Numbered from the stretch's first letter, positions 1 to 11,267 are shown. The stretch is 64,000 nucleotides of DNA from an uncultured Acidimicrobiia bacterium (GCA_963786955.1 CAWBAT010000005.1:320001-384000); one strand, 5' to 3'. Notes: generated by a model not told the origin, from the letters alone. Numbers and translations are program-made.

Positions 1-1008
1 GGGAGCTATCCTCGCGGATTTATTTATGCCCGAACGGACAACCCGAACCGCCAGTCCCTGGAAGCTTGCCTTTCTGCTCTCGAGGGAGGCCAAGCGGTGG
101 CCTTTGCTTCCGGGTCTGCCGCTTCAATGGCAGTTTTTCAGGCTCTCAACCCGGGAGAACACGTGCTTTGTCCCCAAGACGCTTATTACGGGACATCCAA
201 ACAGTTACGAGAACTCCTGCTTCGCTGGGGGTTGGAAGTAAGTTTCGTGGATATGACGGACCTCTCCGCTCTAATGCGGTCGATCCAAAAGAATACCAAA
301 CTGTTATGGATCGAGACGCCTTCGAATCCGCTATTAAAAGTCGTTGATATCCGGGCGGTCGCTGATTTGGCCCATGCTGCCGGGGCGCGCGTGGCCTGTG
401 ACAACACCTGGGCAACTCCGATATTACAGCATCCTATCGAGTGGGGCGCAGACTGTGTCGTTCACGCCACGACCAAATATCTAGGGGGCCACAGCGATGT
501 CTCAGGAGGGGTCGTGATCACGGCCTCAGAGGATGATTTATTGCAAAGGATCCGCACCCTTCAAACGGCGGGAGGAGCAGTACCCTCCCCCTTCGATTGT
601 TGGCTGGTTCGTCGGGGAATCAAAACATTGCCGTTTCGGGTACGAATCCAATCAGAGCAAGCCCTCAGAGTTGCGGAGTTCCTGAGCACTCACTCTTCGG
701 TCGCTGCCGTTCACTATCCGGGTCTTTCCGTTCATCCAAGCCATGAAGTTGCCGCCCGGCAAATGAAAGCGTATGGAGGGATGCTTTCATTCCAGGTACG
801 TGGAGGGGCTGAGAAAGCGATGTCGGTTGCAGCAAAAGTCAAACTATTTACTCGCGCCACGAGCCTCGGAGGGCTGGAAAGCCTGATCGAGCACCGGGCA
901 TCGATTGAAGGAGAGGGGACACGGACGCCACCTGATCTGTTGCGGGTTTCGATTGGACTGGAGCATGTGGAAGATTTGATCGAAGACCTTGATCAAGCCC
1001 TGGGATAG
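1..1008 (+). CDS. Cys/Met metabolism PLP-dependent enzyme (cystathionine gamma-synthase/lyase family), 5'-truncated by window edge
   Basis: Frame 1 is open from base 1 (GSYPRGFIYARTDNPNR...). Motifs FASGSAA, ETPSNP, DNTWATP, HATTKYLGGHSD (PLP Lys), SLGGLESL, LRVSIGLE. Confidence 0.92.
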   Translation, partial: GSYPRGFIYARTDNPNRQSLEACLSALEGGQAVAFASGSAASMAVFQALNPGEHVLCPQDAYYGTSKQLRELLLRWGLEVSFVDMTDLSALMRSIQKNTKLLWIETPSNPLLKVVDIRAVADLAHAAGARVACDNTWATPILQHPIEWGADCVVHATTKYLGGHSDVSGGVVITASEDDLLQRIRTLQTAGGAVPSPFDCWLVRRGIKTLPFRVRIQSEQALRVAEFLSTHSSVAAVHYPGLSVHPSHEVAARQMKAYGGMLSFQVRGGAEKAMSVAAKVKLFTRATSLGGLESLIEHRASIEGEGTRTPPDLLRVSIGLEHVEDLIEDLDQALG

Positions 1009-1026
1009 TCTCGCAGCCCCCCTAAA

Positions 1027-2040
1027 TTATTGATCGGTAGCGGAGGTTTTCTTTTTCATGATTTCTTCGAATTCCGGGTGTTTTTCGACGGAATTGTTAA
1101 CCGCCGGCTGACTCTTGAGATACGCGAAGATGGCTTTCAGGTCGCTTTCCTCCATCTGACAATAGAGCAACCAAGGCATCAGAGTGAAGCTTTCGGGACC
1201 AACCTTTGGGGGACCTTGCTCCACGTATTTCCTGTACTGATAGAATTTGTTTAAGAAGTCCTGCTCACTGTATTTACCGATGCCGGTATCTGGGTCCGGG
1301 GTGATGTTCGCGCTCACTACCCTTCCGACGGGGGTCTTGAAAACCATGCCTCCCGCCAATCGCTTTCCAGGAACGGGCTCTCCCTTCTCGGCAGGCGTAT
1401 GGCAACCCTCACATCCTCCGATGGTGACCAGGTATTCACCATACTTAAGTGGATCCTGTTGGGTGACAGGAGGAACGTGTCCCGCTGGCTGAGGGGCACT
1501 CTTGATGAACATCGAAACCGGAAAGTTAATCCGAGTGGGCGGCTGCACCTTTTTGATGGGCTTGAGCGTCTTCATATGAGCAACCACCGAATACACATCT
1601 TCATCACTCATCTTTCGGAAACCTTGATAGGGCATCAATGGGAAGAGCGTCCGGCCATCACGACTCACTCCCTCACGAATAGCCCGAATGATTTCGCCAT
1701 CGGTCCAATTTCCAATCCCGGTTTCTTTATCGGGGGTGATGTTGCGACTCACAACCGTTCCGGGGAAACCCAATTCCGCAGGAAATATAAAACCGGCCCC
1801 TTCTGCCTCAGGCACAATCGGGCCTCCAAATCGGGTGAAGTCGCGCTCGGAATGGCACTCCACGCACAAAGAGACTCGTTCAAATAAATATTTGCCGCGA
1901 GCCAATCGGGCTTCGGTCATTTCGACTTTAATCGTGGAAGGCGGGACCATAGCAGGCGATCTGAAATAAAGGTAGGCAAACCCAAGAGCACAAGTGAAGA
2001 CGAGGATGATCACTCCATAGAGCAGAACTTTCTTAATCAT
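1027..2040 (-). CDS. Membrane-anchored dihaem c-type cytochrome
   Basis: N-terminal TM helix, two CxxCH motifs (CVECH, CEGCH), two (S/A/R)NITPDxxTGIG repeats, MP axial-ligand motifs. Confidence 0.88.
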   Translation of the reverse strand: MIKKVLLYGVIILVFTCALGFAYLYFRSPAMVPPSTIKVEMTEARLARGKYLFERVSLCVECHSERDFTRFGGPIVPEAEGAGFIFPAELGFPGTVVSRNITPDKETGIGNWTDGEIIRAIREGVSRDGRTLFPLMPYQGFRKMSDEDVYSVVAHMKTLKPIKKVQPPTRINFPVSMFIKSAPQPAGHVPPVTQQDPLKYGEYLVTIGGCEGCHTPAEKGEPVPGKRLAGGMVFKTPVGRVVSANITPDPDTGIGKYSEQDFLNKFYQYRKYVEQGPPKVGPESFTLMPWLLYCQMEESDLKAIFAYLKSQPAVNNSVEKHPEFEEIMKKKTSATDQ

Positions 2041-2215
2041 GATGGATGGTTCCTTTTAGAAACTTTAACAGCGTACTCCCCAGCGGATAGCCTGCCATGA
2101 GAGGGGGGGGGATTTCAAGTCTCTCTTGACTTTGATCTTGACCGCGCCGGGCTCTGATAATTAAATGTGTTTTTCCATCCGGTGTATTTGCCGATTAGAA
2201 TTGTGAGGTGGGTGG

Positions 2216-4348
2216 TTGAAAAAAATGTTGGTCAAACAAAAAGGGCGGAGGCCTCCCACTAGGTCCCAATCCGAATTGAGATATCGGGTCACCCGGGGGC
2301 ATCCATTGCCTTTAGGAACCGATTTGAGACGGGATGGCATCAATTTTGCCGTTTTCAGTCGTCATGCGACGGCGGTCACACTGGTCATTTTTCTTTCCCG
2401 CACTGAAGATTCGAGCATTGAAATCCCTTTGGATTCCCGCTATAACCGGACAGGGGATGTATGGCATGCCTTTGTCCACGGCCTCGATCCGGGGATTCGC
2501 TATGGTTTCCGCGCGGCCCGCTCGCCCAACCCTGAACCCAGTTTTCATGTCTATGACCCCTCGATCATTTTAATCGATCCATATGCGAAGGCCCTGTCGG
2601 GGGGCTCCCATTGGGGGGAAAGCCTGCATTTGGAAGCGACGCCTTCAGAAAAGAACCGTTTCAAGCACCGCTACTCACTAGTGACGTCAGACGTTTTTGA
2701 TTGGAAAAATGATCAGCCTTTGAATACCCATCTGGCTGATTCCATTATCTATGAAATGCATGTTCGTGGTTTTACGCGGCACTCCTCTTCTAAGGTCAAG
2801 CATCCCGGAACCTTTCGAGGCGTTATGGAAAAGATTCCATACCTCAAGAAATTGGGCATCACGGCCGTGGAACTCATGCCCATCACCGAATTTGAGGAGA
2901 ATGATAACCCCAATCACAACCCGGTCACGGGGGAGCCATTGAAGAATTTTTGGGGATATAATCCGATTTCGTTTTTCGCTCCAAAGGCATCCTATGCAAC
3001 CGATGGGGAGAAGAATAATTCGGTTCGGGAATTTAAGAGCATGGTCAAAGCCCTGCACGAAGCAGGAATTGAGGTCATTCTCGACATGGTCTTCAATCAC
3101 ACGGCCGAAGGGAACGAGAAGGGCCCCACGCTCTGCTATCGCGGGTTGGACAATATGGTTTATTACATGATCGATCCCATCACGGGGAAGCACGCCAACT
3201 ATTCCGGCTGCGGCAATACCTTGAACTGCAATCATCCGGTGGTCCGTAACCTGATTATCGAGAGCCTCCGCTATTGGGTGACGGAGATGCACGTCGACGG
3301 ATTTCGGTTCGATCTGGCTTCGATCCTAGGACGTGGTATGGATGGGTCCGTGCTCCCGAACCCACCCTTGCTTGAGATGATTGCCGCCGATCCCGTGCTG
3401 GCCAATACCAAACTGATTGCCGAAGCGTGGGATGCAGCCGGCCTTTATCAAGTCGGCACATTTCCCAATTGGGGGCGTTGGGCAGAATGGAATGGGAAAT
3501 TTCGCGATGATATCCGCCGCTTTGCCAGAGGGGACTCTGAGATGGTTCCTGCTTTAGCTACCCGCCTGGCCGGAAGTTCCGATCTCTATCAGGAAGGCGG
3601 CCGGGCGCCGTACCACAGCATCAACTTCGTGACGAGTCATGATGGCTTCACGCTCTTGGATCTGGTGTCCTATAGCCGGAAACACAATGCATTGAATGGG
3701 GAGAATAATACGGACGGCGCGGATGACAATTCCAGCTGGAATTGTGGCGTCGAAGGTCCCACCGATTCCGCAGAGATCAATAGATTCAGGAAGCAGCAGG
3801 CTAAGAATTTGGCAACGCTTTTGTTACTAGCCCAGGGAGTTCCTATGATTCATGGCGGAGACGAAGTGGGTAGGAGCCAGCAGGGCAACAACAACGCCTA
3901 TTGCCAGGACAATGAAATCAGCTGGTTCAACTGGAATCTGCTCGAAGAGAACTCAGATTTGTTTCGTTTCTTCAAAGCGCTGATCGCCTTTCGCAAGAGG
4001 CACCCAATCCTGCGCCGGAGGACCTACGTGGGTGGAAATGGCGACCTGCCTCCCTTTCTTTGGCACGGAGTGAAGCCGCGCCAGCCGGACTGGAGCACCA
4101 CCTCACACTTCCTGGCGATGCAACTGACAGGAGGAGCGGAAGACAATGACATTTTAGTGATGTGTAATTCCTGTGATAGAAGCCTGTCTGTCGAATTGGC
4201 CAAGCCCACACGGGACTCCCGCTGGTACTTGTTTCTGGACACCTCCTTGGACCCTCCTCGCGAGACGGGCGAAAAGAACCGATTCATCCCCAATCAACTG
4301 AATTACGGAGTCGCCGCTCATAGCGTGGTGGTGCTGGTGAGCGGGTAA
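2216..4348 (+). CDS. glgX: Glycogen debranching enzyme / isoamylase (GH13)
   Basis: Motifs [77 protein letters not shown]. Confidence 0.95.
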   Translation: MKKMLVKQKGRRPPTRSQSELRYRVTRGHPLPLGTDLRRDGINFAVFSRHATAVTLVIFLSRTEDSSIEIPLDSRYNRTGDVWHAFVHGLDPGIRYGFRAARSPNPEPSFHVYDPSIILIDPYAKALSGGSHWGESLHLEATPSEKNRFKHRYSLVTSDVFDWKNDQPLNTHLADSIIYEMHVRGFTRHSSSKVKHPGTFRGVMEKIPYLKKLGITAVELMPITEFEENDNPNHNPVTGEPLKNFWGYNPISFFAPKASYATDGEKNNSVREFKSMVKALHEAGIEVILDMVFNHTAEGNEKGPTLCYRGLDNMVYYMIDPITGKHANYSGCGNTLNCNHPVVRNLIIESLRYWVTEMHVDGFRFDLASILGRGMDGSVLPNPPLLEMIAADPVLANTKLIAEAWDAAGLYQVGTFPNWGRWAEWNGKFRDDIRRFARGDSEMVPALATRLAGSSDLYQEGGRAPYHSINFVTSHDGFTLLDLVSYSRKHNALNGENNTDGADDNSSWNCGVEGPTDSAEINRFRKQQAKNLATLLLLAQGVPMIHGGDEVGRSQQGNNNAYCQDNEISWFNWNLLEENSDLFRFFKALIAFRKRHPILRRRTYVGGNGDLPPFLWHGVKPRQPDWSTTSHFLAMQLTGGAEDNDILVMCNSCDRSLSVELAKPTRDSRWYLFLDTSLDPPRETGEKNRFIPNQLNYGVAAHSVVVLVSG

Positions 4349-4366
4349 AATCCTCAAAACACGATT

Positions 4367-4608
4367 TCGGCGTCCCCCTATTGGGACGACCGTGAACGGT
4401 GTGCTTGCGTACCCCGCTGTTCACGGATCGTTCCGGAGCTGAATTGTATCATTTGTGAATTGAGGATATAAACGGGAGGCTCCTGACCGCGCCAGACGCA
4501 AAGCGTCAACATTGATAGCAAAGAAGCTAATCCCACGTTGTGATGCGGGCATCTGGCCTGCACAGATGTTCATATCCCGGCGTTGGTCTCGGCAAGACCA
4601 CCCTACCT
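4367..4608. repeat. Cluster of REP-like GC-rich hairpins downstream of glgX
   Basis: Hairpins ccgtgaac...gttcacgg, catctg-gcctgca-cagatg and tggtct-cggca-agacca followed by ccctac. Confidence 0.45.
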
Positions 4609-4796
4609 TCAGAATGGGCGCAGTAACAAAGGCGGGCGGGAGCAATGCGTTGTAATAGGCTTGAGATTTGACCTAAAAAATGAAATGATCCCACCCCATT
4701 CACGTCCGGATGCCCCTGATCGTTCAATAGGGGTGGGACTTGAAGATTTTCGACAACGATACTTAATGGTATCTCAACTTCTAATAGGAGGTTTTC

Positions 4797-5300
4797 ATGA
4801 ATTACAGAAAGACGACATTCTTAGTCCTGGGACTCTGCTGCTTTTTGACGACGACGCTCTGGGCACAAACAAGTCCGGCGGGAGCGGCACAACAGAAGGA
4901 CCAGACTCAAGCCTATGTTGACCTGATGCGTAAGAACCTGCGCACCGAGAAGCAGTCAATCGTGGATGCCGCTATGGAACTGGAAGCCGCAGACAAGGCC
5001 AAATTTTGGGCAGTCTATGAAAAATACCAAAAGGAATTGAACGGAATTTGGGATCAGAGACTGGCAAACATCAAGAAATACGCCGAAAATTACGGCAACA
5101 TGACGGACGCTATAGCCGATCAACTTGCCATTACGGCACTCAACATTGAAGATCAGAATAAAGCATTGAAGCGAAAATACTACGCCCAGTTTAAGACCGC
5201 AATGAATGCCCGAGTGGCAGCACGATTTCTGCAAGTTGAAAGTGCTCTAGGTCACCTGATTGACCTGCAACTGGCTACTGAAATTCCCCTAGTCAAGTAG
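4797..5300 (+). CDS. Secreted helical hypothetical protein
   Basis: RBS aggagg; signal peptide ending LWA-Q; helical body with KFWAVYEKYQ motif. Confidence 0.8.
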   Translation: MNYRKTTFLVLGLCCFLTTTLWAQTSPAGAAQQKDQTQAYVDLMRKNLRTEKQSIVDAAMELEAADKAKFWAVYEKYQKELNGIWDQRLANIKKYAENYGNMTDAIADQLAITALNIEDQNKALKRKYYAQFKTAMNARVAARFLQVESALGHLIDLQLATEIPLVK

Positions 5301-5620
5301 TGGCGCGTTACCGAACGCGCCGTGCAGATGGAACGCGTGCCCCACAATTTATGGGATAATTGTTGTTGTCGCGACAGACAGACTCTTTCTTCAGAAAAAA
5401 TTCAGGTGTTGAAAATTGCTGGTACTTTTCGATTAGAAAGGTATTTTCACCTCAAGGGTTTCAGAATTAAATGCTTTGCATTAGAATTGGGGGTAAGAAA
5501 CCTCCGGACAGCCCATTTGAGGCTGCCCACACTTCCAAGATGGACGGATTGCGATATCCTATTGATTAATTCCATTGATTGAATTCGGAGAATTCAATCC
5601 AAGACAAGAAAGGAGACTTT

Positions 5621-6169
5621 ATGTCGAGCGTGAAGAAGATTAATGTAGCCCAAACCTTATTGGTGTTGTGTGTAACCGTGCTTTTCAGTGGTACTCTGGC
5701 ACAGGCCCAAAGTGTGACCTACCAAGCCATGCCGGGCACGAATTTCGCCAGTTTCCACACCTACGAATGGGCCAATATTCCAGGGGGCATGCACCCGGAT
5801 CAAATTACAGATCAAGAAATCAGGCAGGCCGTCGATTCACAACTCGCCACTAAGGGATTTACCAAGGCCACTAATGGCAACCCGGACTTGTACGTCTGCT
5901 ACCAGATCGCAGTCGATCAAGAGAGGCAATGGAATGCAATGGGTGGAGGCTTTCGCTTTGGCGGGATGGGCATGGGAACAGCTACGAGTTCAACCATCAG
6001 CAACGGCACACTCGTCCTCGACTTTTATGTCGCCGCAACAAAAACTCAAGTCTGGCAGGGCAGAGCTACGAAAACTCTAAATCCGAGCAGTAATCAGCAA
6101 AAGAACATAAAGAACCTGAATAATGGTATCGCGAAGTTGATGAAGAACTTTCCTCCACCGAACAAATGA
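5621..6169 (+). CDS. DUF4136-like secreted protein
   Basis: RBS aaggag before ATG 5621; signal peptide; NFASFHTYEW, AVDSQLATKGF, GTLVLDF...VWQGRA and C-terminal FPP fit the family. Confidence 0.85.
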   Translation: MSSVKKINVAQTLLVLCVTVLFSGTLAQAQSVTYQAMPGTNFASFHTYEWANIPGGMHPDQITDQEIRQAVDSQLATKGFTKATNGNPDLYVCYQIAVDQERQWNAMGGGFRFGGMGMGTATSSTISNGTLVLDFYVAATKTQVWQGRATKTLNPSSNQQKNIKNLNNGIAKLMKNFPPPNK

Positions 6170-6190
6170 AAGCGAGATCCATAAGGTATT

Positions 6191-6223
6191 GCGGGATGAC
6201 TGATTCGAGCATTGTCATCCCGC
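6191..6223 (+). terminator. Possible terminator hairpin
   Basis: gcgggatgac...gtcatcccgc 10-bp stem just after the stop; weak U-tract. Confidence 0.4.
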
Positions 6224-6471
6224 CTTCAGTAGCGGACGCTATGTGTAGTAGCCAAAGCCTGCCCTTTGTTTAAAAAGAAGCATTTTAAAGAGAACCCTTT
6301 TTGTCTAATCTCTGTCCCTGATTTTCCTCCATGTAAGTCGTTCCCAAGACTCAGGATGGTGACTAAGTTAAGGGCTTGGTTTCATTAATCTAATTACGAA
6401 TTACTATTTCTTTGATTCCCTTCGCGTAAGAACCTTGCGACAAGGGCATACGTCGGAATAAGAGAGGACCT

Positions 6472-7395
6472 ATGAAAATGAAAAGCATAACGGTGAGAGC
6501 CGCGTTTAATCTAGTTCTTGCTTTCGGAGCATTTCTGTTGTTGGGTGGCATTGCCACCGCACAAAACGACCAAGTGAAGGGCGTGATCAATGGACGGAAT
6601 GGGTCCATGATGACCGTCCAGACTCAAGGTTCCGGGATTGTAACCGTTCTCCTCACGCCCGCCACGCAGGTGCTGGAACCCGAAGGAGTCTTCCGCAAGA
6701 AGCACCTAGCCATAACGGCTCTTATTCCAGGGCTCCCGGTGGAAGTGAAAGGAGGCTTCAATACCCAGAACCAACTGGTCGCCAGTACCGTCATGTTCCA
6801 TGGCTCTGATCTTCAGACTGCCCAGGACATTCAAGCGGGTATAACCCCAACCGAACAGCAAGTTCAACAAAGCCAGAAGCAAATACAGGCACAAGAGCAA
6901 CAAATAAAGCAGCAACAGCAGCAGCTTCAAGCCGAACAGCAGGCGAGTGCCGCGCACGCAGCCGAAATTGCAGCGAACAAGGCAGCAATTGCTGCGGCGA
7001 ACAAGCGTTTTGGTGAGCTGGCTGAATACAATATTTTGGGTGAGGTAACCGTTCTCTTTGGTAACGGGAAGGTGATGGTTGAGGAGCAGTATAAGCCACA
7101 ATTGCTGAAATTGGCCCAGCAGGCCAAGGGAATCACTGGCTACGTCATTCAGGTGAAAGGGTATGCCTCGAAGGTCGGGAGTGCGGCTCTTAACCAGAAA
7201 TTGAGCGCGGAGCGGGCTGAGAACGTGACAAGCTTTCTCGAACAGCAGGGCCATATTCCGCTGACAAACATCCTGGCCCCCGGCGCAATGGGCGCCAGTA
7301 GGCAAGTGGCTCCCGATACCACGGCAGAGGGACAGGCGGAGAACCGCCGGGTCGTAGTCAGGATCCTGCAGAACAAGGGTATCGCCGGCAATTGA
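6472..7395 (+). CDS. OmpA-family peptidoglycan-binding protein with N-terminal DUF5666-like domain and Gln-rich coiled coil
   Basis: Signal peptide; QQVQQSQKQIQAQEQQIKQQQQQ linker; OmpA C-domain motifs GYAS..G...NQKLSAERA and GQAENRRV. Confidence 0.88.
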   Translation: MKMKSITVRAAFNLVLAFGAFLLLGGIATAQNDQVKGVINGRNGSMMTVQTQGSGIVTVLLTPATQVLEPEGVFRKKHLAITALIPGLPVEVKGGFNTQNQLVASTVMFHGSDLQTAQDIQAGITPTEQQVQQSQKQIQAQEQQIKQQQQQLQAEQQASAAHAAEIAANKAAIAAANKRFGELAEYNILGEVTVLFGNGKVMVEEQYKPQLLKLAQQAKGITGYVIQVKGYASKVGSAALNQKLSAERAENVTSFLEQQGHIPLTNILAPGAMGASRQVAPDTTAEGQAENRRVVVRILQNKGIAGN

Positions 7396-7845
7396 GGGAA
7401 GGCACTCGGAAGTGGCGAGGGGGCGGTCCGTGTGATTTCTTCCGCCCTCACCCACCCTGCCTCTGTCGAATTGATATTTTGACCGATTCTAACGGTGACT
7501 GCGCTGACCAAGTAAGGTAAGTCACACTTGCGGAGAGTAGCCAACCGCACCGTGATCACAAGCTCAAACAGCAAATAGTTTCATTGGAAGTGCAGTTTTC
7601 CGATGTCCGCCGGATCCCAAAAGGCCGTCCGGGGTCAACGCCCCCGGCTAAATCCAAACCTTGCGACATCGCACGGCAGGCCTGGAAGCCTTTCCCCACA
7701 CGGGATAGGTGCAACAGCCCTCGAGGCCTGATCTCCGAACCCAGAGGTCCCGGCTTCAAAATGTTGGAGAAACGATATAACGACGATGCCTGAGGGGTCC
7801 TGGGGATGGAATAAGTCGAGTAACTATCTTCTGTGAGATTACCCC

Positions 7846-8883
7846 ATGAACTTATTGATGGCTTTTTTCGGATGGGCCCTTGTTCTGTGGACTCTTTTGG
7901 ATGCGTTCGAGCAGGTCATATTGCCGCGCATGGAGTCACACGTCTTTCGAATTTCCAGTTTGGCGCGGCGATGTACCTGGACCCCCTGGAAGGCCTTGGC
8001 TCGTCGAATAAGCTCGGCAGAGCGCCGCGCCGCTTTTCTGGGCTACTACGGCCCATTTTCAATCTTGATTCTGCTGGCGAGCTGGGACTTGTCCGTAATT
8101 CTGGGCTTCTCTCTGGGTTGGTGGGCAACCCGGGAAGGTTCCTTCATGACCCGGTTTTACGTCAGCGGTTCAAACTGGTTCGCGCTGGGGTTGAGCAATC
8201 CACCTGTAACCGACATCGCCAGGCTGACGACGCTAGTGGAGGCTGGTCTCGGTCTGGCCTTCTTGGCGGTCATCATTGGATATCTGCCGGTTTACTACGG
8301 CGCCTACTCCACTCGTGAGGTCTTTATCATCCGTTTTCAGTCAGCGGCGGGGAGTCCATGCACGGCGCTTGAGATCGCGAGAAAATTCGCCCCCTTAGAC
8401 AAAAGTATGACGCTTCAACTCCTGATGGAATGCCAAGCCTGGGCTGCACATGTCCTTCAGAGCCAGCGTTCTTATCCTCTCGTCGCCTTGTACCGGTCGC
8501 AAAAAGGAAATGATTCCTGGCTGGCGGTTTTGACAGTGATTCTCGATGCCTGTGCATTGTGGATCACTGTCCAAAAAGACAAAATCCAACTAGGTTCCCA
8601 ACCAACTTTTGGGGTGGCCTTCCGGGCAGCAACGGATCTCGCAAGTGCCTTCAGACTGAAGCCGAAGTCGCCGCCAACGGACCGCCTGCCCAGAGCTGCT
8701 TTTCAAATGCTCTTCCAGGCGCTGGCCGATGCCGGCATCGAAGTAGGCGCCCCCGAGGAAACCGAACGCAATCTGGCCGAACTCCGTGGGCTGTACGAAC
8801 CTTATATCTACGCTCTGTCGCAGTACTTGTACATGGAGTTGCCTCCATGGATCAAGGTCGAGGGTATAACCGCTAGTATTTAA
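7846..8883 (+). CDS. Potassium-channel-like membrane protein with degenerate pore loop
   Basis: TM-pore-TM layout (FYVSGSNWFALGLSN, EAGLGLAFLAVIIGYLPVYYGAYSTRE) and cytoplasmic SYPLVALYRSQ..SWL. Confidence 0.75.
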   Translation: MNLLMAFFGWALVLWTLLDAFEQVILPRMESHVFRISSLARRCTWTPWKALARRISSAERRAAFLGYYGPFSILILLASWDLSVILGFSLGWWATREGSFMTRFYVSGSNWFALGLSNPPVTDIARLTTLVEAGLGLAFLAVIIGYLPVYYGAYSTREVFIIRFQSAAGSPCTALEIARKFAPLDKSMTLQLLMECQAWAAHVLQSQRSYPLVALYRSQKGNDSWLAVLTVILDACALWITVQKDKIQLGSQPTFGVAFRAATDLASAFRLKPKSPPTDRLPRAAFQMLFQALADAGIEVGAPEETERNLAELRGLYEPYIYALSQYLYMELPPWIKVEGITASI

Positions 8884-8901
8884 GTTGCAGAAGTCCATGT
8901 T

Positions 8902-9152
8902 GTAGCTGGCCTCGTAGAGGCCGGCCGGGGGCAGCAACCTCGGCTGCAGCAATTACCGAGAACAGGCTCAATTCAGTCTAAGTGGCCTGGATCAATTGTA
9001 GCCGGGGCCGCTGGCCCCGGACAGGGGCCGGCCTCAGCGAGGCCGGCTACAACAATTACCGAGAACAGGCTCAATTCAGCCTAAGTGCCTGGATCAGTTG
9101 TAGCCGGGGCCGTTGGCCCCGGACAGGGGCCGGCCTCAGCGAGGCCGGCTAC
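8902..9152. repeat. BIME-like array: three GTAG...CTAC REP doublets joined by two near-identical linkers (~102-103 bp period)
   Basis: gtagccggggccg(c/t)tggccccggacaggggccggcctcagcgaggccggctac twice; degenerate inverted copy at 8902-8948; linker caattaccgagaacaggctcaattcag at 8950 and 9053. Confidence 0.9.
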
Positions 9153-9263
9153 AGCAAGCGTTGAGATGTTTCGGTCAAGGACGGCGGCTGCGGACTACTC
9201 GGAAAGTTGCCTGTGGCTGCACCTCATGCATAATGCAACAGTGATCGAAGAGGAAAGAGCCTG

Positions 9264-10217
9264 ATGCCCTCCGTTACGAAACCGCGTCTAGCGGGTTTGT
9301 TCCTTCTGCTCAGCCTTGCTTCCCCTGTCAGCTATGCCCAGGACCTCACTCCACGTGCCTACGTCATTACGCCGATTCATGCAAACGCAGTCACCTTGAC
9401 CTATTCTTCCTTCAACGGCAGCATTTTCTTCATTCCGACCCTCCCAATAGAGGATACTACTGGAAACCCTCAAGTACAAATCTTCAGTTACTATCACGCT
9501 CTGAATTTCTTCGGCCGTTCGGCCAACATCGTCGCTTCGCTGCCCTATGGGTTTGGCCATTTTCAAGGGAAGGTTCTTGGCACAGATCAAGAAATTTATC
9601 GCTCCGGCCTATTGGATGCCGTCTTTCGATTCTCCGTGAACCTGAAGGGCGGCCCGGCCATGGCCCCTAAAGAATTTGCAGGGTGGCGACAGAAGTGGGT
9701 CATTGGAGCGAGCCTTACAGTGTATGCTCCAACGGGTCAATATGATCCGGTCCGACTGATCAACCAGAGTGCCAACCGCTGGGCCTTTAAACCGGAACTG
9801 GGGATTTCCCGGCGTCGGGGCCACTGGGTCCTCGATGTTTATGGAGGCGTATGGTTTTTCACAACCAATGCAGATTATTTTTCAAACACCCCTTTGGTCA
9901 ATCCGAACGGGACAAACACTTTCTCTCAGAAACCCGTTGGCGCTTTCGAAGGGCATTTGAGTTACGATGTTAAATCACGGCTTTGGTTCTCCCTCGACGG
10001 GAATTTCTGGGTCGGCGGCCGTACCAGCATCAACGGCGTGGAGAATCCCCTCACTCTCCAAGCAAATTCTCGCATCGGGGGCACGGCTTCCGTGCCGCTT
10101 TCAAAGCATCAGTCTCTCAAGTTTAGCTTTAACACTGGTGCCTATATCCGCTTAGGGGGAGACTACCACAACGTTTCAGTGGCCTGGCAATACTCGTGGA
10201 TAGGCCGCCCCAAATAG
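9264..10217 (+). CDS. Outer-membrane beta-barrel 'transporter' (Phenol_MetA_deg/SphA-like)
   Basis: Signal peptide then AQDLTPRAY; APTGQYDPVRLIN, NRWAFKPELGIS; C-terminal alternating strand VSVAWQYSW. Confidence 0.8.
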   Translation: MPSVTKPRLAGLFLLLSLASPVSYAQDLTPRAYVITPIHANAVTLTYSSFNGSIFFIPTLPIEDTTGNPQVQIFSYYHALNFFGRSANIVASLPYGFGHFQGKVLGTDQEIYRSGLLDAVFRFSVNLKGGPAMAPKEFAGWRQKWVIGASLTVYAPTGQYDPVRLINQSANRWAFKPELGISRRRGHWVLDVYGGVWFFTTNADYFSNTPLVNPNGTNTFSQKPVGAFEGHLSYDVKSRLWFSLDGNFWVGGRTSINGVENPLTLQANSRIGGTASVPLSKHQSLKFSFNTGAYIRLGGDYHNVSVAWQYSWIGRPK

Positions 10218-10398
10218 CCTTTAATCGAATGTTGCGTTTGGTGGAAAACCTGATTCTGTCTTCGTGTAGAGCCCTTGACAACTGTCACCTCAGGGCAATA
10301 AGATGCGAAGCGGTTGTGGCGCTTTTTCATCCAGCATCAGATCCGGGGTAAGGACGAAGAAGGGAGACTCGCTTCCCGATTCAGGCAAACTTTCGAGC

Positions 10399-10445
10399 TG
10401 TAGCCGGGCTCGCTGACCCCGGTCCCCCCGAGCAGCGCCAGCTAC
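10399..10445. repeat. GTAG...CTAC REP doublet (degenerate)
   Basis: gtagccgggctcgctgaccccgg...gccagctac, same family as 8902-9152. Confidence 0.7.
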
Positions 10446-10559
10446 ATCACGGACTTCTACAACTTAATGCTTGACTGGGGCATTATAGTATCTCCAGAAC
10501 TACCCACTAGGTTGAAATACCAAAAAAATTATAATTCAAACAAAAAAGGACGGTACACG

Positions 10560-11267
10560 ATGAAACAGATTTTAAAAACATCTCTCTCTTTGGGGCTTTT
10601 CTGTAGCTTGGCACTCACACAATCATTAAACGCTCAGGGAGGAAACCCCGCAGTCCAGCAGAAGGTAGAAGCCTTCAAGCAGGCGCAGGCCATGAACAAG
10701 CAGGCCCTTCAACACTACAGTTGGACGGAAACCACCCAGCTCAGTTTGAAAGGTGAAGTGAAAAGCACCAAAGTTGAAGGCTGCCAGTACGGGCCAAATG
10801 GCCAAGTGCAAAAAACCGTTATCTCCCAACCTCCGCCGCCGCAGCAGAAGCGCGGAGTCAAGGGAAGGGTGATTGAAAAGAAAACCGATGAGATGAAGGA
10901 TTATATGGAGCAGGCGGTTGCCCTCATCAAGCAGTATGTTCCGCCCTCTCCGGATAAGTTGAAGGCGGCTGCGGCTGCCGGCAACGCCTCAATTAGCCCG
11001 GCGGGAGGCGGCGTCGTTCAACTGCAGTTCAAGAATTATCTGCAGAGCGGAGACTCTTTAACTCTTGGTTTGGACCCAAACACAAATATGCTTGTACAAG
11101 TGAATGTGAACAGTTACCTGGGAGAGGCCAAAGACGCGGTGACACTCGCAGTGAATTTCCAGGCTCTTCCGGACGGCACAAGCTATTCTGCCAGCAAAAT
11201 TCTCAATGTGGCGGCCAAGCAGATCGTGGTCAATATTACCGACAGTAACTACCAGAAGCTTTTCTAG
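10560..11267 (+). CDS. Secreted hypothetical protein
   Basis: RBS aaagga before ATG 10560; signal peptide ending LNA-Q; 235-aa coherent ORF. Confidence 0.8.
   Translation: MKQILKTSLSLGLFCSLALTQSLNAQGGNPAVQQKVEAFKQAQAMNKQALQHYSWTETTQLSLKGEVKSTKVEGCQYGPNGQVQKTVISQPPPPQQKRGVKGRVIEKKTDEMKDYMEQAVALIKQYVPPSPDKLKAAAAAGNASISPAGGGVVQLQFKNYLQSGDSLTLGLDPNTNMLVQVNVNSYLGEAKDAVTLAVNFQALPDGTSYSASKILNVAAKQIVVNITDSNYQKLF

Noticed and set aside
8982-9164. 60-aa ORF with an internal repeat
   Set aside because: Translation of the REP tandem.
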